DNA of 64,000 nucleotides from a bacterium (GTDB lineage Bacteria; Margulisbacteria; Marinamargulisbacteria; GCA-2716485; JAYNIM01): assembly GCA_038109055.1 (NCBI GenBank), contig JAYNIM010000007.1, positions 10,807 to 74,806 of the forward strand, in the 5' to 3' direction. The translations under genes were made by a program, and so were the position numbers. Of the stretch, positions 1 through 10,805 are shown one piece after another. The notes beneath the pieces are model-generated. The model made no database searches, was not told the DNA's origin, and worked only from the letters and a program-made list of their open reading frames with translations. The stretch's first letter is position 1. Every line of letters starts with the position of its first letter.

Positions 1-257
1 TCTGTACAACTAGCTCCCAATATCCTCTCCGCCATCATCGACGCTGCTGCTTTCGAGATTGCACAGCCCTTCCCTACAAAAGAAATCTGATCAATTTTTT
101 TGTCTTCATCTACCAATACATACAACACATACTCATCCCCACATAAAGGATTTTTTCCATGCGCCTGATGGGAATAAGTGTCCAATACCCCAAAATGCCG
201 AGGGTTTTTATTATGCTCTAAAATAGTCGCTTGATATAACTGCTTCAAACGACTCAT
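1..257 (-). CDS. sufU: SUF system SufU/NifU-family protein (3' end outside window)
   Basis: Not in ORF track. Manual translation: MSRLKQLYQATILEHNKNPRHFG...GKNPLCGD...FVGKGCAISKAAASMM. Its ATG overlaps the sufS TGA (ATGA at 254-257). Confidence 0.92.
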   Translation of the reverse strand, partial: MSRLKQLYQATILEHNKNPRHFGVLDTYSHQAHGKNPLCGDEYVLYVLVDEDKKIDQISFVGKGCAISKAAASMMAERILGASCT

Positions 258-1495
258 GTCATCACATCCACAACTTTGGCCAAAGCCTTTACAAATACAT
301 CCACATCAGAAGGCAAATTATAGATAGAAAAAGACGCCCTTAGCATTGCTGCAACATCATAATACTGCATCAAGGGCTGGGCACAATGATGACCGGCCCG
401 CAACGCAACACCCTCTGTATCCAAAATAGTCCCTGCATCATGCGGATGAATATCCCCTAAATTAAAAGAAATAATCGCAATTTTCTCCTCAGCCTTTCCA
501 TATATAGAAAGATTCTCAAACACCGCCAGTTCCTGCATCGCATAAGCCAACAAAGCTTTTTCATAACGCTGCAAAAAATCAGCGCCTACCTCTTTAACAA
601 AATCAATAGCTGCACCCAAGCCCACAATCTCTGAAATAGCGGGTGTTCCTGCTTCAAAACGGGCGGGAACAAGAGCGTAGGTAGTGTTAGAAAAGCGTAC
701 CGTATCAATCATCGCTCCTCCACCCTGATAAGGAGGTAAGGCATCCAAAATATCATATTTGCCATACAAAACCCCAATCCCAGTAGGACCAAACAATTTA
801 TGTCCCGAAAAACAATAAAAGTCACAATCCAATTCTTGCACATTCACCGACATATGCGAGGGCCCCTGAGCGCCATCAAGCAGCACTTTAGCCCCACACG
901 CATGCGCCCTATCAATTAAGTCTCTAACAGGATTCACTGTCCCTAAAATATTCGAGGCATGGCACAAGGCTACCAAGGCCGTTTTCTCTGTTAAATAGCT
1001 ATCAAAAACCTCTATATCTAAAGTCCCATTTTCACGAATAGGTACTACCTTCAGAGTCAAATCATAACGTTCACAGGCCAATTGCCAAGGCACAATATTG
1101 GCATGATGCTCCATCTCGGTAATTAAAATTTCCTGCCCAGGTGTGGCAAATACCGCTGGAAACGTAGCAGCGACCAAATTAATCGCCTCCGTCGTGCCGC
1201 GAACAAAAACGATCTCTGAGGCCAAAGCAGCCCCCAGAAAATCAGCTACCTGTTGACGTACGCCTTCACAACGCTGCGTTGCTTCCTGACTTAAACTATA
1301 CACACCCCGATGCACCGTGGCATACTCATTTTTATAAAAGGTTTCTAAAATCTTTATCACAGACAAGGGTTTATGTGTAGTCGCAGCGCTATCCAAATAA
1401 CACAAGGATGGCGTCGCCTCAAAAATAGGAAACATATGCCTAAGTTTAGTCGCCTTAACAAGATCTTGCTTAGAAAAAAAGGCCTGACTAGACAT
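254..1495 (-). CDS. sufS: Cysteine desulfurase, SufS family
   Basis: YLDSAATTHKP, VHRG, FSGHK (PLP lysine), RAGHHCAQP; lies in suf operon. Confidence 0.96.
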   Translation of the reverse strand: MSSQAFFSKQDLVKATKLRHMFPIFEATPSLCYLDSAATTHKPLSVIKILETFYKNEYATVHRGVYSLSQEATQRCEGVRQQVADFLGAALASEIVFVRGTTEAINLVAATFPAVFATPGQEILITEMEHHANIVPWQLACERYDLTLKVVPIRENGTLDIEVFDSYLTEKTALVALCHASNILGTVNPVRDLIDRAHACGAKVLLDGAQGPSHMSVNVQELDCDFYCFSGHKLFGPTGIGVLYGKYDILDALPPYQGGGAMIDTVRFSNTTYALVPARFEAGTPAISEIVGLGAAIDFVKEVGADFLQRYEKALLAYAMQELAVFENLSIYGKAEEKIAIISFNLGDIHPHDAGTILDTEGVALRAGHHCAQPLMQYYDVAAMLRASFSIYNLPSDVDVFVKALAKVVDVMT

Positions 1496-2720
1496 AACTT
1501 AACAACTGCTCAGTGATCGCTGAAACGTCTTCAACAAGATCACTATCTTCAGAAAAGTTATCATAAATGTCTGTTACAAAACCTTGCAATAATAAAAATT
1601 CAGCCTCTTGCTTTTTCAAGCCACGACTCTGCAAATACAAGACATGTGCGTCATCCAATTGGCCTACAGTAGATCCATGTCCACACAGCACATCATCGGC
1701 ATCAATTTTCAACTGAGGACGCGTCATCACACGTGCCTGATCCGATAGCAACAAATTCGGATTCTCTTGCGATGAATCACAGCCATGTGCCTTAGGTTGA
1801 ATCGTCACTAGACCACTATATTCACAAAAGGATGTTCCTGACAAAACTGTTTTAAAACATTGTTCCGCCTGTCCATTTTTCGAATGATGATCCAAATCTG
1901 CATGCTGATAAAAGCGTTGTTTTTCAGATAAAACAGCCAGTCCATTCAAATACGTTTTAGTATTTTCTCCTAAAAGTGAAACATGAATATCTCGACGCGA
2001 CATACGAGTTGCATAAGATAAGGTATTTAAGACAAAACGACTCCCTCTCTGTTGTCGTACCATCACCGTCTCAATCTGAGAACATTGCAAAGACGCATCC
2101 ACCACATCCACCTGCAATTCTGCATCTTCATCCAAGTCAATATCAAGAAACACATTATGGAATAGCTCTGTGCTACTCCCTTTTTGACGATGCGGCAAAA
2201 AAACAGTCGCCTTAGCCCCTTTTTCAAGCACAATATGTATCCGAGAAACAACCATACCTTTCGTCGAACAAATCATAACCGGCAATTCCCTAAATCCCTT
2301 ATCCTCACCAGCCTCAACCTTCAGCAATACAAGATCCGAAAAAGTTAACGAGTTCACATATGAAAAAACAGAACGAGGCAACCCTACACTCATGACCTTA
2401 TCCCCCAATAACTGTCCTTCGCTACAAGCAACAAAGTCTTGTTCACCTTGCTGATCTGATGAAAAATTTAACACCCCATCACAAAGTGCCCTATCTGAAC
2501 AGCGCTTATCCAAACAAGACTCTTCTAAAGCATCTCGTGCGACATCCGAAACAGAATCCAAAACAGAAAAATCAAAAAAACGCCAAGCCTCTCTAACCTC
2601 TGGCTTATTTTGATCAAAAGCGTCATACGCTGCCATAGACTCTTTCCGAAACTCCGAAAACCCCTGACAATTTCGTTTTTCAACTAAGGTATCTAAAAAA
2701 GATAAGAGTCTATTTGTCAT
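1488..2720 (-). CDS. sufD: Fe-S cluster assembly protein SufD
   Basis: C-terminal TRPQLKIDADDVLCGHGSTVGQLD...YLQSRG; between sufC and sufS. Start placed at ATG 2720, overlapping the sufC stop. Confidence 0.9.
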   Translation of the reverse strand: MTNRLLSFLDTLVEKRNCQGFSEFRKESMAAYDAFDQNKPEVREAWRFFDFSVLDSVSDVARDALEESCLDKRCSDRALCDGVLNFSSDQQGEQDFVACSEGQLLGDKVMSVGLPRSVFSYVNSLTFSDLVLLKVEAGEDKGFRELPVMICSTKGMVVSRIHIVLEKGAKATVFLPHRQKGSSTELFHNVFLDIDLDEDAELQVDVVDASLQCSQIETVMVRQQRGSRFVLNTLSYATRMSRRDIHVSLLGENTKTYLNGLAVLSEKQRFYQHADLDHHSKNGQAEQCFKTVLSGTSFCEYSGLVTIQPKAHGCDSSQENPNLLLSDQARVMTRPQLKIDADDVLCGHGSTVGQLDDAHVLYLQSRGLKKQEAEFLLLQGFVTDIYDNFSEDSDLVEDVSAITEQLLSYV

Positions 2721-3463
2721 GCCTTCTTTAACAACCAATCATACCCTTTTTCTTCTAATTTCAAAGCAAGACTTTTATCATCAGAGCAAATTAATTTTCC
2801 TTTCGCCATAACATGAACGACATCCGGTTCAATATAACTTAACAAACGTTGATAGTGTGTAATAATCATAAAAAGTTTATCCGGTGATTTCTGTGAATTC
2901 ACAACAGCCGAAATTGTTTTTAATGCATCTATATCCAAACCAGAATCTGTTTCATCCAAAATGACATAAGAAGGATCTAGTAACAACATTTGCAAAATTT
3001 CATTACGTTTCTTCTCACCTCCAGAAAAGCCATGATTCACCGCTCGTTCCAAATAGGTTTCAGACATATGCAAAACAGAAAGCTTTTCATCAATCAACGA
3101 AGCAAAAGCCAAAGGATCTACCTCTTTCTTACCTAATGCCTTCTGCTTAACATTATAAATCATACGCAAAAACTGTTCATTATTGACACCGGGAATCTCC
3201 ACCGGATACTGAAACGCCATAAAAAGACCTTTCAAAGATCGTTCATCAACATCCAGATCTAAAATAGATTCACCATCTAATAAAATATCCCCCGAAACCA
3301 CCTCAAAATCTGGACACCCTACTATCGTTTTTGACAAGGTACTCTTTCCAGACCCATTAGGTCCCATAATCGCATAACGTTTCCCTTTTTCTAAGGTCAT
3401 TGAAAGATCATCAATAATCACCTTATCCTCAACCTTAACCACCAAGTTCTTTATATCTAACAT
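2717..3463 (-). CDS. sufC: Fe-S cluster assembly ATPase SufC
   Basis: GPNGSGKST, FQYPVEIPGV, FSGGEKKRNEILQ, LDETDSGLDIDAL. Confidence 0.97.
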   Translation of the reverse strand: MLDIKNLVVKVEDKVIIDDLSMTLEKGKRYAIMGPNGSGKSTLSKTIVGCPDFEVVSGDILLDGESILDLDVDERSLKGLFMAFQYPVEIPGVNNEQFLRMIYNVKQKALGKKEVDPLAFASLIDEKLSVLHMSETYLERAVNHGFSGGEKKRNEILQMLLLDPSYVILDETDSGLDIDALKTISAVVNSQKSPDKLFMIITHYQRLLSYIEPDVVHVMAKGKLICSDDKSLALKLEEKGYDWLLKKA

Positions 3464-3473
3464 ACTTGTCTCC

Positions 3474-4910
3474 TCACCCCACCGTATTTTCTAATTTTAA
3501 GCTCATTAACTGGGTCGCTTCAACAGCAAATTCAGTTGGTAATACATCAAATACATCTTTACAAAAACCATTTACAATCGTTGTAATAGCATCTTCAGTC
3601 GTAATACCGCGTTGCTGAAAATAAAACAACTGTTCATCTGTCACCTTCACAATCGCTGCCTCATGGCCAACTTCAGACGATCCATTACGTACATCAATAT
3701 AAGGATAGGTATTCGCTGCACATGTATCTCCTAGCAACATAGAATCACACTGTGTAAAATTAGAGGCATTTTTAGCCGATTTATTCATCTGTACTAAGCC
3801 CCTATATGTATTTGAGGAGGTCCCAGCAGAAATCCCCTTAGACACAATGGTACTTTTGGTATTTTTACCAATATGGACCATTTTAGAGCCCGTATCCGCC
3901 TGCTGCTGATGATTGGTCAATGCCACCGAATAAAACTCTCCTACCGACTCATCCCCAATCAAGACACAAGAGGGATACTTCCAGGTAATCGCCGACCCAG
4001 TTTCAATTTGAGTCCATGAAATTTTAGACGCTTTCCCCAAACACTTTCCCCGTTTGGTCACAAAATTATAAATCCCCCCCTTACCCGTTTTCGGATCACC
4101 TGCATACCAATTTTGAACCGTTGAATACTTAATTTCAGCCTTATCTAACGCCACCAATTCCACCACAGCTGCATGCAATTGATTGGTATCAAACATCGGT
4201 GCTGTACATCCTTCCAAATAACTCACATAGGCATTATCTTCACAGATAATTAATGTACGTTCAAACTGTCCAACAGACTCCGTATTAATCCTAAAATACG
4301 TTGATAATTCCATAGGACAAATCGTATCCTTAGGCACAAAAACAAAAGAACCATCTGAAAAAACAGCCGAATTTAAGGCAGCATAATAATTATCCGTAAA
4401 TGGAACAACAGACCCTAAATATTGTTTAATCAAATCAGGATACTTTTCAACAGCTTCGGAAATAGAACAAAAAACAACCCCATGCTTTAACAATTTATCT
4501 TTATAGGTCGTTGCAACAGAGACACTATCAAAAATAGCATCCACTGCCACACCTGCCAACTTTTTTTGCTCTACCAAGGGTATCCCAAGTTTTTCAAATG
4601 TGCGCTTCAATTCTGGATCTACATCATCCATACTATTCAATTTTTTCTTTTGTTTAGGTTCTGCATAATAATGAATAGTCTGAAAATCAATCTCTGGATA
4701 ATGTAACAGAGACCAATCAGGCTCTTCCATTTTTTTCCAATGGTCAAAGGCCTTCAATCTAAATTTCAACATAAAATCAGGCTCTTTCTTTTTCTTAGAA
4801 ATTAAACGAACAATATCTTCATTAAGGCCCATTGGAGCTTTTTCTGTTTCAATTTCGGTTTTAAAACCAAATTCATATTCTTTATTTGCAATTTCTTTAA
4901 AATTGGTCAT
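3474..4910 (-). CDS. sufB: Fe-S cluster assembly protein SufB
   Basis: [41 protein letters not shown]. Confidence 0.97.
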   Translation of the reverse strand: MTNFKEIANKEYEFGFKTEIETEKAPMGLNEDIVRLISKKKKEPDFMLKFRLKAFDHWKKMEEPDWSLLHYPEIDFQTIHYYAEPKQKKKLNSMDDVDPELKRTFEKLGIPLVEQKKLAGVAVDAIFDSVSVATTYKDKLLKHGVVFCSISEAVEKYPDLIKQYLGSVVPFTDNYYAALNSAVFSDGSFVFVPKDTICPMELSTYFRINTESVGQFERTLIICEDNAYVSYLEGCTAPMFDTNQLHAAVVELVALDKAEIKYSTVQNWYAGDPKTGKGGIYNFVTKRGKCLGKASKISWTQIETGSAITWKYPSCVLIGDESVGEFYSVALTNHQQQADTGSKMVHIGKNTKSTIVSKGISAGTSSNTYRGLVQMNKSAKNASNFTQCDSMLLGDTCAANTYPYIDVRNGSSEVGHEAAIVKVTDEQLFYFQQRGITTEDAITTIVNGFCKDVFDVLPTEFAVEATQLMSLKLENTVG

Positions 4911-4933
4911 ATATGCGCTACCTCAAAAAAAAC

Positions 4934-4962
4934 ATTCTAAATCAGTATATAAAGGAAATCAA
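4934..4962 (-). promoter_or_regulatory. Putative sigma70 promoter of suf operon
   Basis: Minus strand TTGATT-N17-TAGAAT, followed by GAGGT SD before sufB. Confidence 0.6.
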
Positions 4963-4995
4963 CTAAAGGAACAAAAGAAAATGAAAATTAACCAA

Positions 4996-5187
4996 CTAAA
5001 TCCCTAAAGTACGACGCATAAGTTCATCAACAGAATAGGACGAAGACTGATCATTCGAATTAGGAGCCCGTTCTACAATATCATCAACAGGTGTAGAAAA
5101 AAAACTCTCCTCATCAGTGTCTAACAGCCGTCTTGATTTCTTTCTACGTCTATCATCATGTCGTACGCTTCTAACAGATCCTACCAT
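4996..5187 (-). CDS. Small hypothetical protein (63 aa)
   Basis: Fills the lpd-sufB gap; a TTGCTA-N17-TAGAAT promoter ends 6 nt before the ATG. Confidence 0.6.
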   Translation of the reverse strand: MVGSVRSVRHDDRRRKKSRRLLDTDEESFFSTPVDDIVERAPNSNDQSSSYSVDELMRRTLGI

Positions 5188-5193
5188 AAAAAT

Positions 5194-5222
5194 ATTCTAA
5201 TATATTTAGATTTTTATAGCAA
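5194..5222 (-). promoter_or_regulatory. Putative sigma70 promoter, leaderless geometry
   Basis: TTGCTA(5222-5217)-N17-TAGAAT(5199-5194)-6 nt-ATG. Confidence 0.55.
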
Positions 5223-5235
5223 TATAAAAAAATTT

Positions 5236-6648
5236 TTAAGTTTTTGCCAAAATATGGGTAGAAAAACCAAGTGCAGACTCAGCAGCCTCCATCAATGTTT
5301 CCGACAAGGTTGGATGGGGATGAATCGTCAAGGCTAGATCATCAATACTTAATCCAGATTCAACAGCCAACACAGCCTCTGACACCAAATGACTCGCAAA
5401 AGCACCTACAAACCCAACCCCTAAAATACGCTCAGACTTTGCATCATAAATAACTTTAGTTAAACCATCCGTGCGCCCCAAAGCCAAGGCTTTTCCTGAA
5501 GCCGCCCAATTAAAACGTCCCACTTTATAATCAACATCTCTTTCCTTCGCCTCTTTCTCCGTTAATCCACACCAAGCAATTTCTGGGTCCGTAAACACCA
5601 CAGCCGGTATAACACTATCAGCCAAGGGAACTGGAGTTTCTCCCAATATAGCATCCACAGCAATCCGAGCTTCTTTGCTAGCTTTATGCGCCAACATAAC
5701 ACCCCCAACCACATCTCCAATAGCATATATATGGGGAACAGAGGTCTGCTGAAACTGATTCACTCTAATAAACGAACGGTCATCAAGATCTACACCCGCA
5801 TGGTTCAATCCTAAGTTAGCAGTTAAGGGAGAACGTCCAACCGACACCAACACCTTGTCATAAGATGCTTTCCACTGCTTATCCCCCTGTATAAAAGATG
5901 CTTCAATCTGCTTACTTTTAGTCGCCAAAGACAGTATTTTTGTATCAAAATAAACATCATCAAACTTCTTTTTAACAGACGCAAGTAAAGGGCGTAATAA
6001 TTCAGTATCAAATCCTCCCAAAAGCGTATCTGCTGCCTCTACAACAGAAACACGAGACTTTAAACTCGCATAAACCATGCCCAATTCTAAGCCAATATAT
6101 CCCCCTCCAATCACCAATAAAGAGTCAGGGATATCCTGAATATCCAACGCCTCTTTTGACGTCATAATACGGGAATTACCTAAATCAAAGGCCGCAGGCA
6201 TAGTAGGTGTAGACCCTACTGCAATAATTGCCTGCTTAAATGACAACATTTGCTGTCCAGAACTCGTCTCAACACGCAAGGTATTTGAATCTTCAAAAAA
6301 CCCCTTTCCCTGAAGAACCTCGACCTTACGGCCCTTAGCTAACTGTGAAACCCCCTGCCCCAATTGCTGAATAATGGCATCTTTCTTAACACGCATAACA
6401 TCTAAATCAATTTTAGGCTTCACAAATTTAATGCCAAAATCCTTTGCTTCAGCCGCCTGATCTATAAGATGAGTCGCATGAATCAAGGCCTTAGAGGGAA
6501 TACACCCCTCATTCAAACAAACACCCCCCAAACGCTCTCCTTTATCAACTAACAAAACACTCAACCCACGATCAGCAGCATAAAAAGCCGCTGCATACCC
6601 TCCAGGGCCTGCTCCCAATACAACTAAATCCACACTACGCTGATCCAT
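5236..6648 (-). CDS. lpdA: Dihydrolipoyl dehydrogenase (E3)
   Basis: GAGPGGY, GGVCLNEGCIPSK, GGGYIGLE, HPHPTLSE. Confidence 0.97.
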   Translation of the reverse strand: MDQRSVDLVVLGAGPGGYAAAFYAADRGLSVLLVDKGERLGGVCLNEGCIPSKALIHATHLIDQAAEAKDFGIKFVKPKIDLDVMRVKKDAIIQQLGQGVSQLAKGRKVEVLQGKGFFEDSNTLRVETSSGQQMLSFKQAIIAVGSTPTMPAAFDLGNSRIMTSKEALDIQDIPDSLLVIGGGYIGLELGMVYASLKSRVSVVEAADTLLGGFDTELLRPLLASVKKKFDDVYFDTKILSLATKSKQIEASFIQGDKQWKASYDKVLVSVGRSPLTANLGLNHAGVDLDDRSFIRVNQFQQTSVPHIYAIGDVVGGVMLAHKASKEARIAVDAILGETPVPLADSVIPAVVFTDPEIAWCGLTEKEAKERDVDYKVGRFNWAASGKALALGRTDGLTKVIYDAKSERILGVGFVGAFASHLVSEAVLAVESGLSIDDLALTIHPHPTLSETLMEAAESALGFSTHILAKT

Positions 6649-7993
6649 CTAACGCTTCCTCCAAAATAGTTTCATCAAACGCCGCCAAGGAGTCTGTTAA
6701 ATACGCCATAAAACGTGCCGCATCTGCACCATCAATCACACGATGATCATAAGACAAAGCCAACGGCAATATATCATGTTTAACCAAACGCTTATCTTCA
6801 GGAACAATCCTAATATCGGATCGTCCAAGACCTAATATAGCCACCTCAGGCACATTCACAATCGGTGTAAACGGTCCCACACCAAAACTACCCAAATTAG
6901 AAATAGTAAACGTTCCTCCCTGCAATTCATCCATACTCAACGAACGAGCACGTGCTTTTTCTGCTAAAGAAACAACATCTTTAGAGACGTCCAACAAAGT
7001 TTTCTGATCTACATTTTTCAAAACAGGTACAATCAAACCAGCTTCTGTATCAACAGCTACACCAAAATGATAATAGTCTTTTAAAATAGTCACATGACGC
7101 TCTGAATCAAAACTACTATTAAAGACAGGAAATTCTTTTAAGGCCTTAGTCAACACATAAAACAACATGACCATAACCGTTAATTTTCCACCTTGATCCT
7201 GAAATTTACCCTTATATTTCTGACGCAGTTTCAATAACTCCGTAATATCTGCATCCGCAAATTGCGTCACATGAGGAACAGTTGTCCAAGACGATGACAT
7301 CTTTTCACCAATTTTCTTTCTCAAGGATGTTAAAGGCACTTCCTTAATAGGTCCCCAAGTAGAAAAATCAGGTAACGTCACTACAGCGGCTTTCGTTGCA
7401 TCCGTCTTCGACCCAGCCGCCTGATCAGGTATAGCTACCGGCTGACTTGGCTGTTGTAAACGAACTAAATACTGTTGAACATCCTCCAGTAAAATCCGCC
7501 CCCCTTTTCCTGTTCCAGGAATAATATTAAGATTTAATCCTAATAAGGTTGCTGCTTTTCGTATACCTGCAGATGTTGGAACAGGCAACCCACTGTTATG
7601 ATCTTGATAAACAGTCTGTTCCGCTAAAATCGACGGCAAAACAGAAGGAGATGGGGTCACTGGAGGAACCGTAGGTAACGTCGTTTGAAGAGTCGCTACC
7701 ACACCCTCTGAACTAGGAGTATCTAAATCACTATTGGCTGTTACAACCTCTGTCTCAGATTCAGCAGATGCTAGATCACATACAAGAAGACCTGTCTGAA
7801 CAGTATCACCTTCCTTAACATGAAGTTTTATAAGTTTGCCTGCTCGAGTTGCAGGAATAGGCGCGACAGCCTTATCTGTTTCAACCTCTAAAAGAGTTTG
7901 ATCTTTTTCAATCATATCTCCCTCAGCAACCAAAACTGACAACACCTGAGCAGATGCAACACCATCACCCAAATTTGGAACTTTAATTTGCAT
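6635..7993 (-). CDS. aceF: Dihydrolipoamide acetyltransferase (E2), single lipoyl domain
   Basis: VETDKA lipoyl motif, GTGKGGRI E3-binding domain, SYDHRVIDGA catalytic motif. Confidence 0.93.
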   Translation of the reverse strand: MQIKVPNLGDGVASAQVLSVLVAEGDMIEKDQTLLEVETDKAVAPIPATRAGKLIKLHVKEGDTVQTGLLVCDLASAESETEVVTANSDLDTPSSEGVVATLQTTLPTVPPVTPSPSVLPSILAEQTVYQDHNSGLPVPTSAGIRKAATLLGLNLNIIPGTGKGGRILLEDVQQYLVRLQQPSQPVAIPDQAAGSKTDATKAAVVTLPDFSTWGPIKEVPLTSLRKKIGEKMSSSWTTVPHVTQFADADITELLKLRQKYKGKFQDQGGKLTVMVMLFYVLTKALKEFPVFNSSFDSERHVTILKDYYHFGVAVDTEAGLIVPVLKNVDQKTLLDVSKDVVSLAEKARARSLSMDELQGGTFTISNLGSFGVGPFTPIVNVPEVAILGLGRSDIRIVPEDKRLVKHDILPLALSYDHRVIDGADAARFMAYLTDSLAAFDETILEEALDGSA

Positions 7994-8001
7994 TTATCAC
8001 C

Positions 8002-10680
8002 TCATTTAGAACACACCGGATATACTTTTTCCGGATCTACTTTTAATGTTTGTATTGCCTCTTGAACAACGGTCATTTCAAGTTGATTTTTAGACGCTAA
8101 TTGATATAAAACCGCCACTACAATATATCTATCATCCACCTCAAAAAAATCACGTAAAGCATCTCTAGAGTCACTTCTGCCAAACCCATCCGTCCCCAAG
8201 GAAAATAACCCACCAGGAACCCATGAGGTAATTTGATCCGAAACTAAACGCATATAATCACTAACAGCAACAAATATACCTTCTTCGGATGATAAAAGTG
8301 TCTCTAAATAAGACAAACGAGGTTTATTTTCAGGATGTAACATATTATAACGTTGACAATCAATGGCCTCTCGCCGTAAACAGTTATAACTAGTAGCAGA
8401 CCATATATCTACCGATATATCATAATTAGTTTGAATATAGTCACAGGCTTTAACTGCAGCTAACATCATCATCCCACTAGCAAAAATATGTGCCTTTAAA
8501 GATTTTTTTTGTGAAGATGCTTGATATTTATAAAGACCTTTTACAATCCCCTCATCAACACCTTTAGGCATTGCTGGCATATGTCGATTTTCATTACCTA
8601 CCGTAAGATAATAAAACACATGCTCATTATTCTGGTACATACGTTTTAAGCCATGTTGAACAATTACAGTAAGTTCATACAAAAAAGCAGGATCATACGT
8701 AATTAAACTTGGAACCGTACTTGCTAATAAATGACTATGACCATCCTGATGCTGTAAACCTTCGCCATTCAAAGTTGTCCGACCTGCTGTACCACCCACT
8801 AAAAAACCTTTACAACGCATATCACCAGCCAACCACGCTAAATCACCAATACGTTGAAATCCAAACATAGAATAATAAATATAAAATGGCAACATAGGCT
8901 GCCCATGCGTCACATAAGAAGTCCCCGCAGCAATAAAAGAAGCCATTGAACCAGCCTCATTAATCCCCTCTTCTAACACTTGGCCATCCTTTTCTTCACG
9001 ATAATATAAAAGGGAATGACTATCTACAGGTTCATACAACTGTCCTTTAGATGAATAAATCCCAACTTGCCTAAAAAGTGACTCCATTCCAAAGGTCCGA
9101 GCTTCATCAGGTATAATAGGCACAACAAACTTACCAATCTCTTTGTGTCTCAATAATTTTGTCAAAACACGTACAAAAGCAGTAGTCGTAGAAAGAGAAC
9201 TACTCCCTGAGTCAACAAGCAAATCTGAAAAATAATCAAGGTCAGGAATAGCTAAAGTTTGATGACTCTCTTTACGCTCGGGTAAAAATCCTCCCAACGC
9301 TTTCCTCTGAGCCATACAATACTGAAATTCTTTGCTATTCACAGGACGATAAAATGGCGCATTAACAACATCTTCGTCACTAATAGGAATACCTAAACGT
9401 TCAAGATAAACACGTAGTTCCTTTTCATTCATTTTTTTCTGATTGTGGGAAATATTTTTTCCTTCCCCCGCTTCACCAAGCCCATATCCTTTAACAGACT
9501 TAGCCAATACCACCACCGGTTTGCCTTTATATTCTACAGCCTCTTTATACGCTGCATAAATTTTCTTAGGATCATGCCCACCCCTAGCCAATTGTTTAAT
9601 CTCATCATCAGACAAATGACTCACCAATTGTAATAATTCTGGATATTTACCAAAAAAATGTTTCCTCATATAGCTTCCAGGTTCTACAACATATTTTTGA
9701 TAATCTCCATCTACCACTTCCGCCATACGCCGCAACAACAATGGCGCTGATTTAGACGACAACAATGAATCCCAGTTAGATCCCCAAATAACTTTTATCA
9801 CATGCCAACCTGCCCCCATAAATACCGCTTCTAACTCTTGAATAATTTTCCCATTTCCACGCACAGGCCCATCTAAGCGCTGCAGATTACAATTCACCAC
9901 AAAAATTAAATTATCTAACTTCTCACGCGATGCCAGCGTCAATGCACCTAAAGTCTCCGGTTCATCACTCTCTCCATCTCCCAAAAAGGCCCATACATTA
10001 GGATCCCGATCAATCACGCCACGATGCTGCAAATAACGATTAAAACGCGCCTGATAAATAGCTGTAATAGGCCCCAAGCCCATAGATACTGTTGGAAATT
10101 GCCAATAGTCTGGCATCAAATACGGATGGGGGTATGAAGACAATCCTCCGCCCTCAGCTAACTCTTGTCTAAAATGATGTAATTTTAATGGGCTCAAACG
10201 GCCTTCAAAATAACTACGTGCATAATTACCAGGTGACGCATGACCTTGAAAATACACCTGATCAGCACAAAACCCCTCTCCATTTCCTTTAAAAAAATGA
10301 TTAAACCCTACTTCATATAAATCTGCACAAGACGCATAGGTAGAGATATGCCCACCAATACCATCATTATTTCGATTGGCCTTAACAACCATGGCCATGG
10401 CATTCCATCGATGAATATTCGTCAAACGTGATTCAATAGCAAGATCGCCAGGATATTCAGGCTGTTGCTCTAACGGTATGGAATTCGCATAAGCGGTATT
10501 TGGCCTTAAGGGAATATCATCATAACGCTGACAAATCTGATGCAAACGATTAACAAAGGCCGTAACATCTGAATCCTTCAAGGTTTTTAATAAATACTCG
10601 ACAGAATCCAGCGTTCGCTGTAATTCAAGCGCCATAAGGGGACTTTCTAATTCTTGTGTATCAGTTTTTTTTATAGTCAT
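8002..10680 (-). CDS. aceE: Pyruvate dehydrogenase E1, homodimeric AceE type
   Basis: GGHISTYAS, QGHASPG, FPTVSMGLGP, GDGESDEPE, NLQRLDGPV, GEGLQHQDG, LGTDGFGRSD. Confidence 0.96.
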   Translation of the reverse strand: MTIKKTDTQELESPLMALELQRTLDSVEYLLKTLKDSDVTAFVNRLHQICQRYDDIPLRPNTAYANSIPLEQQPEYPGDLAIESRLTNIHRWNAMAMVVKANRNNDGIGGHISTYASCADLYEVGFNHFFKGNGEGFCADQVYFQGHASPGNYARSYFEGRLSPLKLHHFRQELAEGGGLSSYPHPYLMPDYWQFPTVSMGLGPITAIYQARFNRYLQHRGVIDRDPNVWAFLGDGESDEPETLGALTLASREKLDNLIFVVNCNLQRLDGPVRGNGKIIQELEAVFMGAGWHVIKVIWGSNWDSLLSSKSAPLLLRRMAEVVDGDYQKYVVEPGSYMRKHFFGKYPELLQLVSHLSDDEIKQLARGGHDPKKIYAAYKEAVEYKGKPVVVLAKSVKGYGLGEAGEGKNISHNQKKMNEKELRVYLERLGIPISDEDVVNAPFYRPVNSKEFQYCMAQRKALGGFLPERKESHQTLAIPDLDYFSDLLVDSGSSSLSTTTAFVRVLTKLLRHKEIGKFVVPIIPDEARTFGMESLFRQVGIYSSKGQLYEPVDSHSLLYYREEKDGQVLEEGINEAGSMASFIAAGTSYVTHGQPMLPFYIYYSMFGFQRIGDLAWLAGDMRCKGFLVGGTAGRTTLNGEGLQHQDGHSHLLASTVPSLITYDPAFLYELTVIVQHGLKRMYQNNEHVFYYLTVGNENRHMPAMPKGVDEGIVKGLYKYQASSQKKSLKAHIFASGMMMLAAVKACDYIQTNYDISVDIWSATSYNCLRREAIDCQRYNMLHPENKPRLSYLETLLSSEEGIFVAVSDYMRLVSDQITSWVPGGLFSLGTDGFGRSDSRDALRDFFEVDDRYIVVAVLYQLASKNQLEMTVVQEAIQTLKVDPEKVYPVCSK

Positions 10681-10706
10681 AAAGTTTAGTCGAATGATTC
10701 ATAGAA

Positions 10707-10735
10707 ACTATACAAAATCTTAGATAGAACATCAA
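10707..10735 (-). promoter_or_regulatory. Putative sigma70 promoter of aceE-aceF-lpd
   Basis: Minus strand TTGATG-N17-TATAGT upstream of aceE. Confidence 0.6.
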
Positions 10736-10805
10736 GATAAAAGAAAAAAAATGTTTAACATACCACAAAACATGGGTAGTATTCCTAATACAAGGGGGAA
10801 AATGA

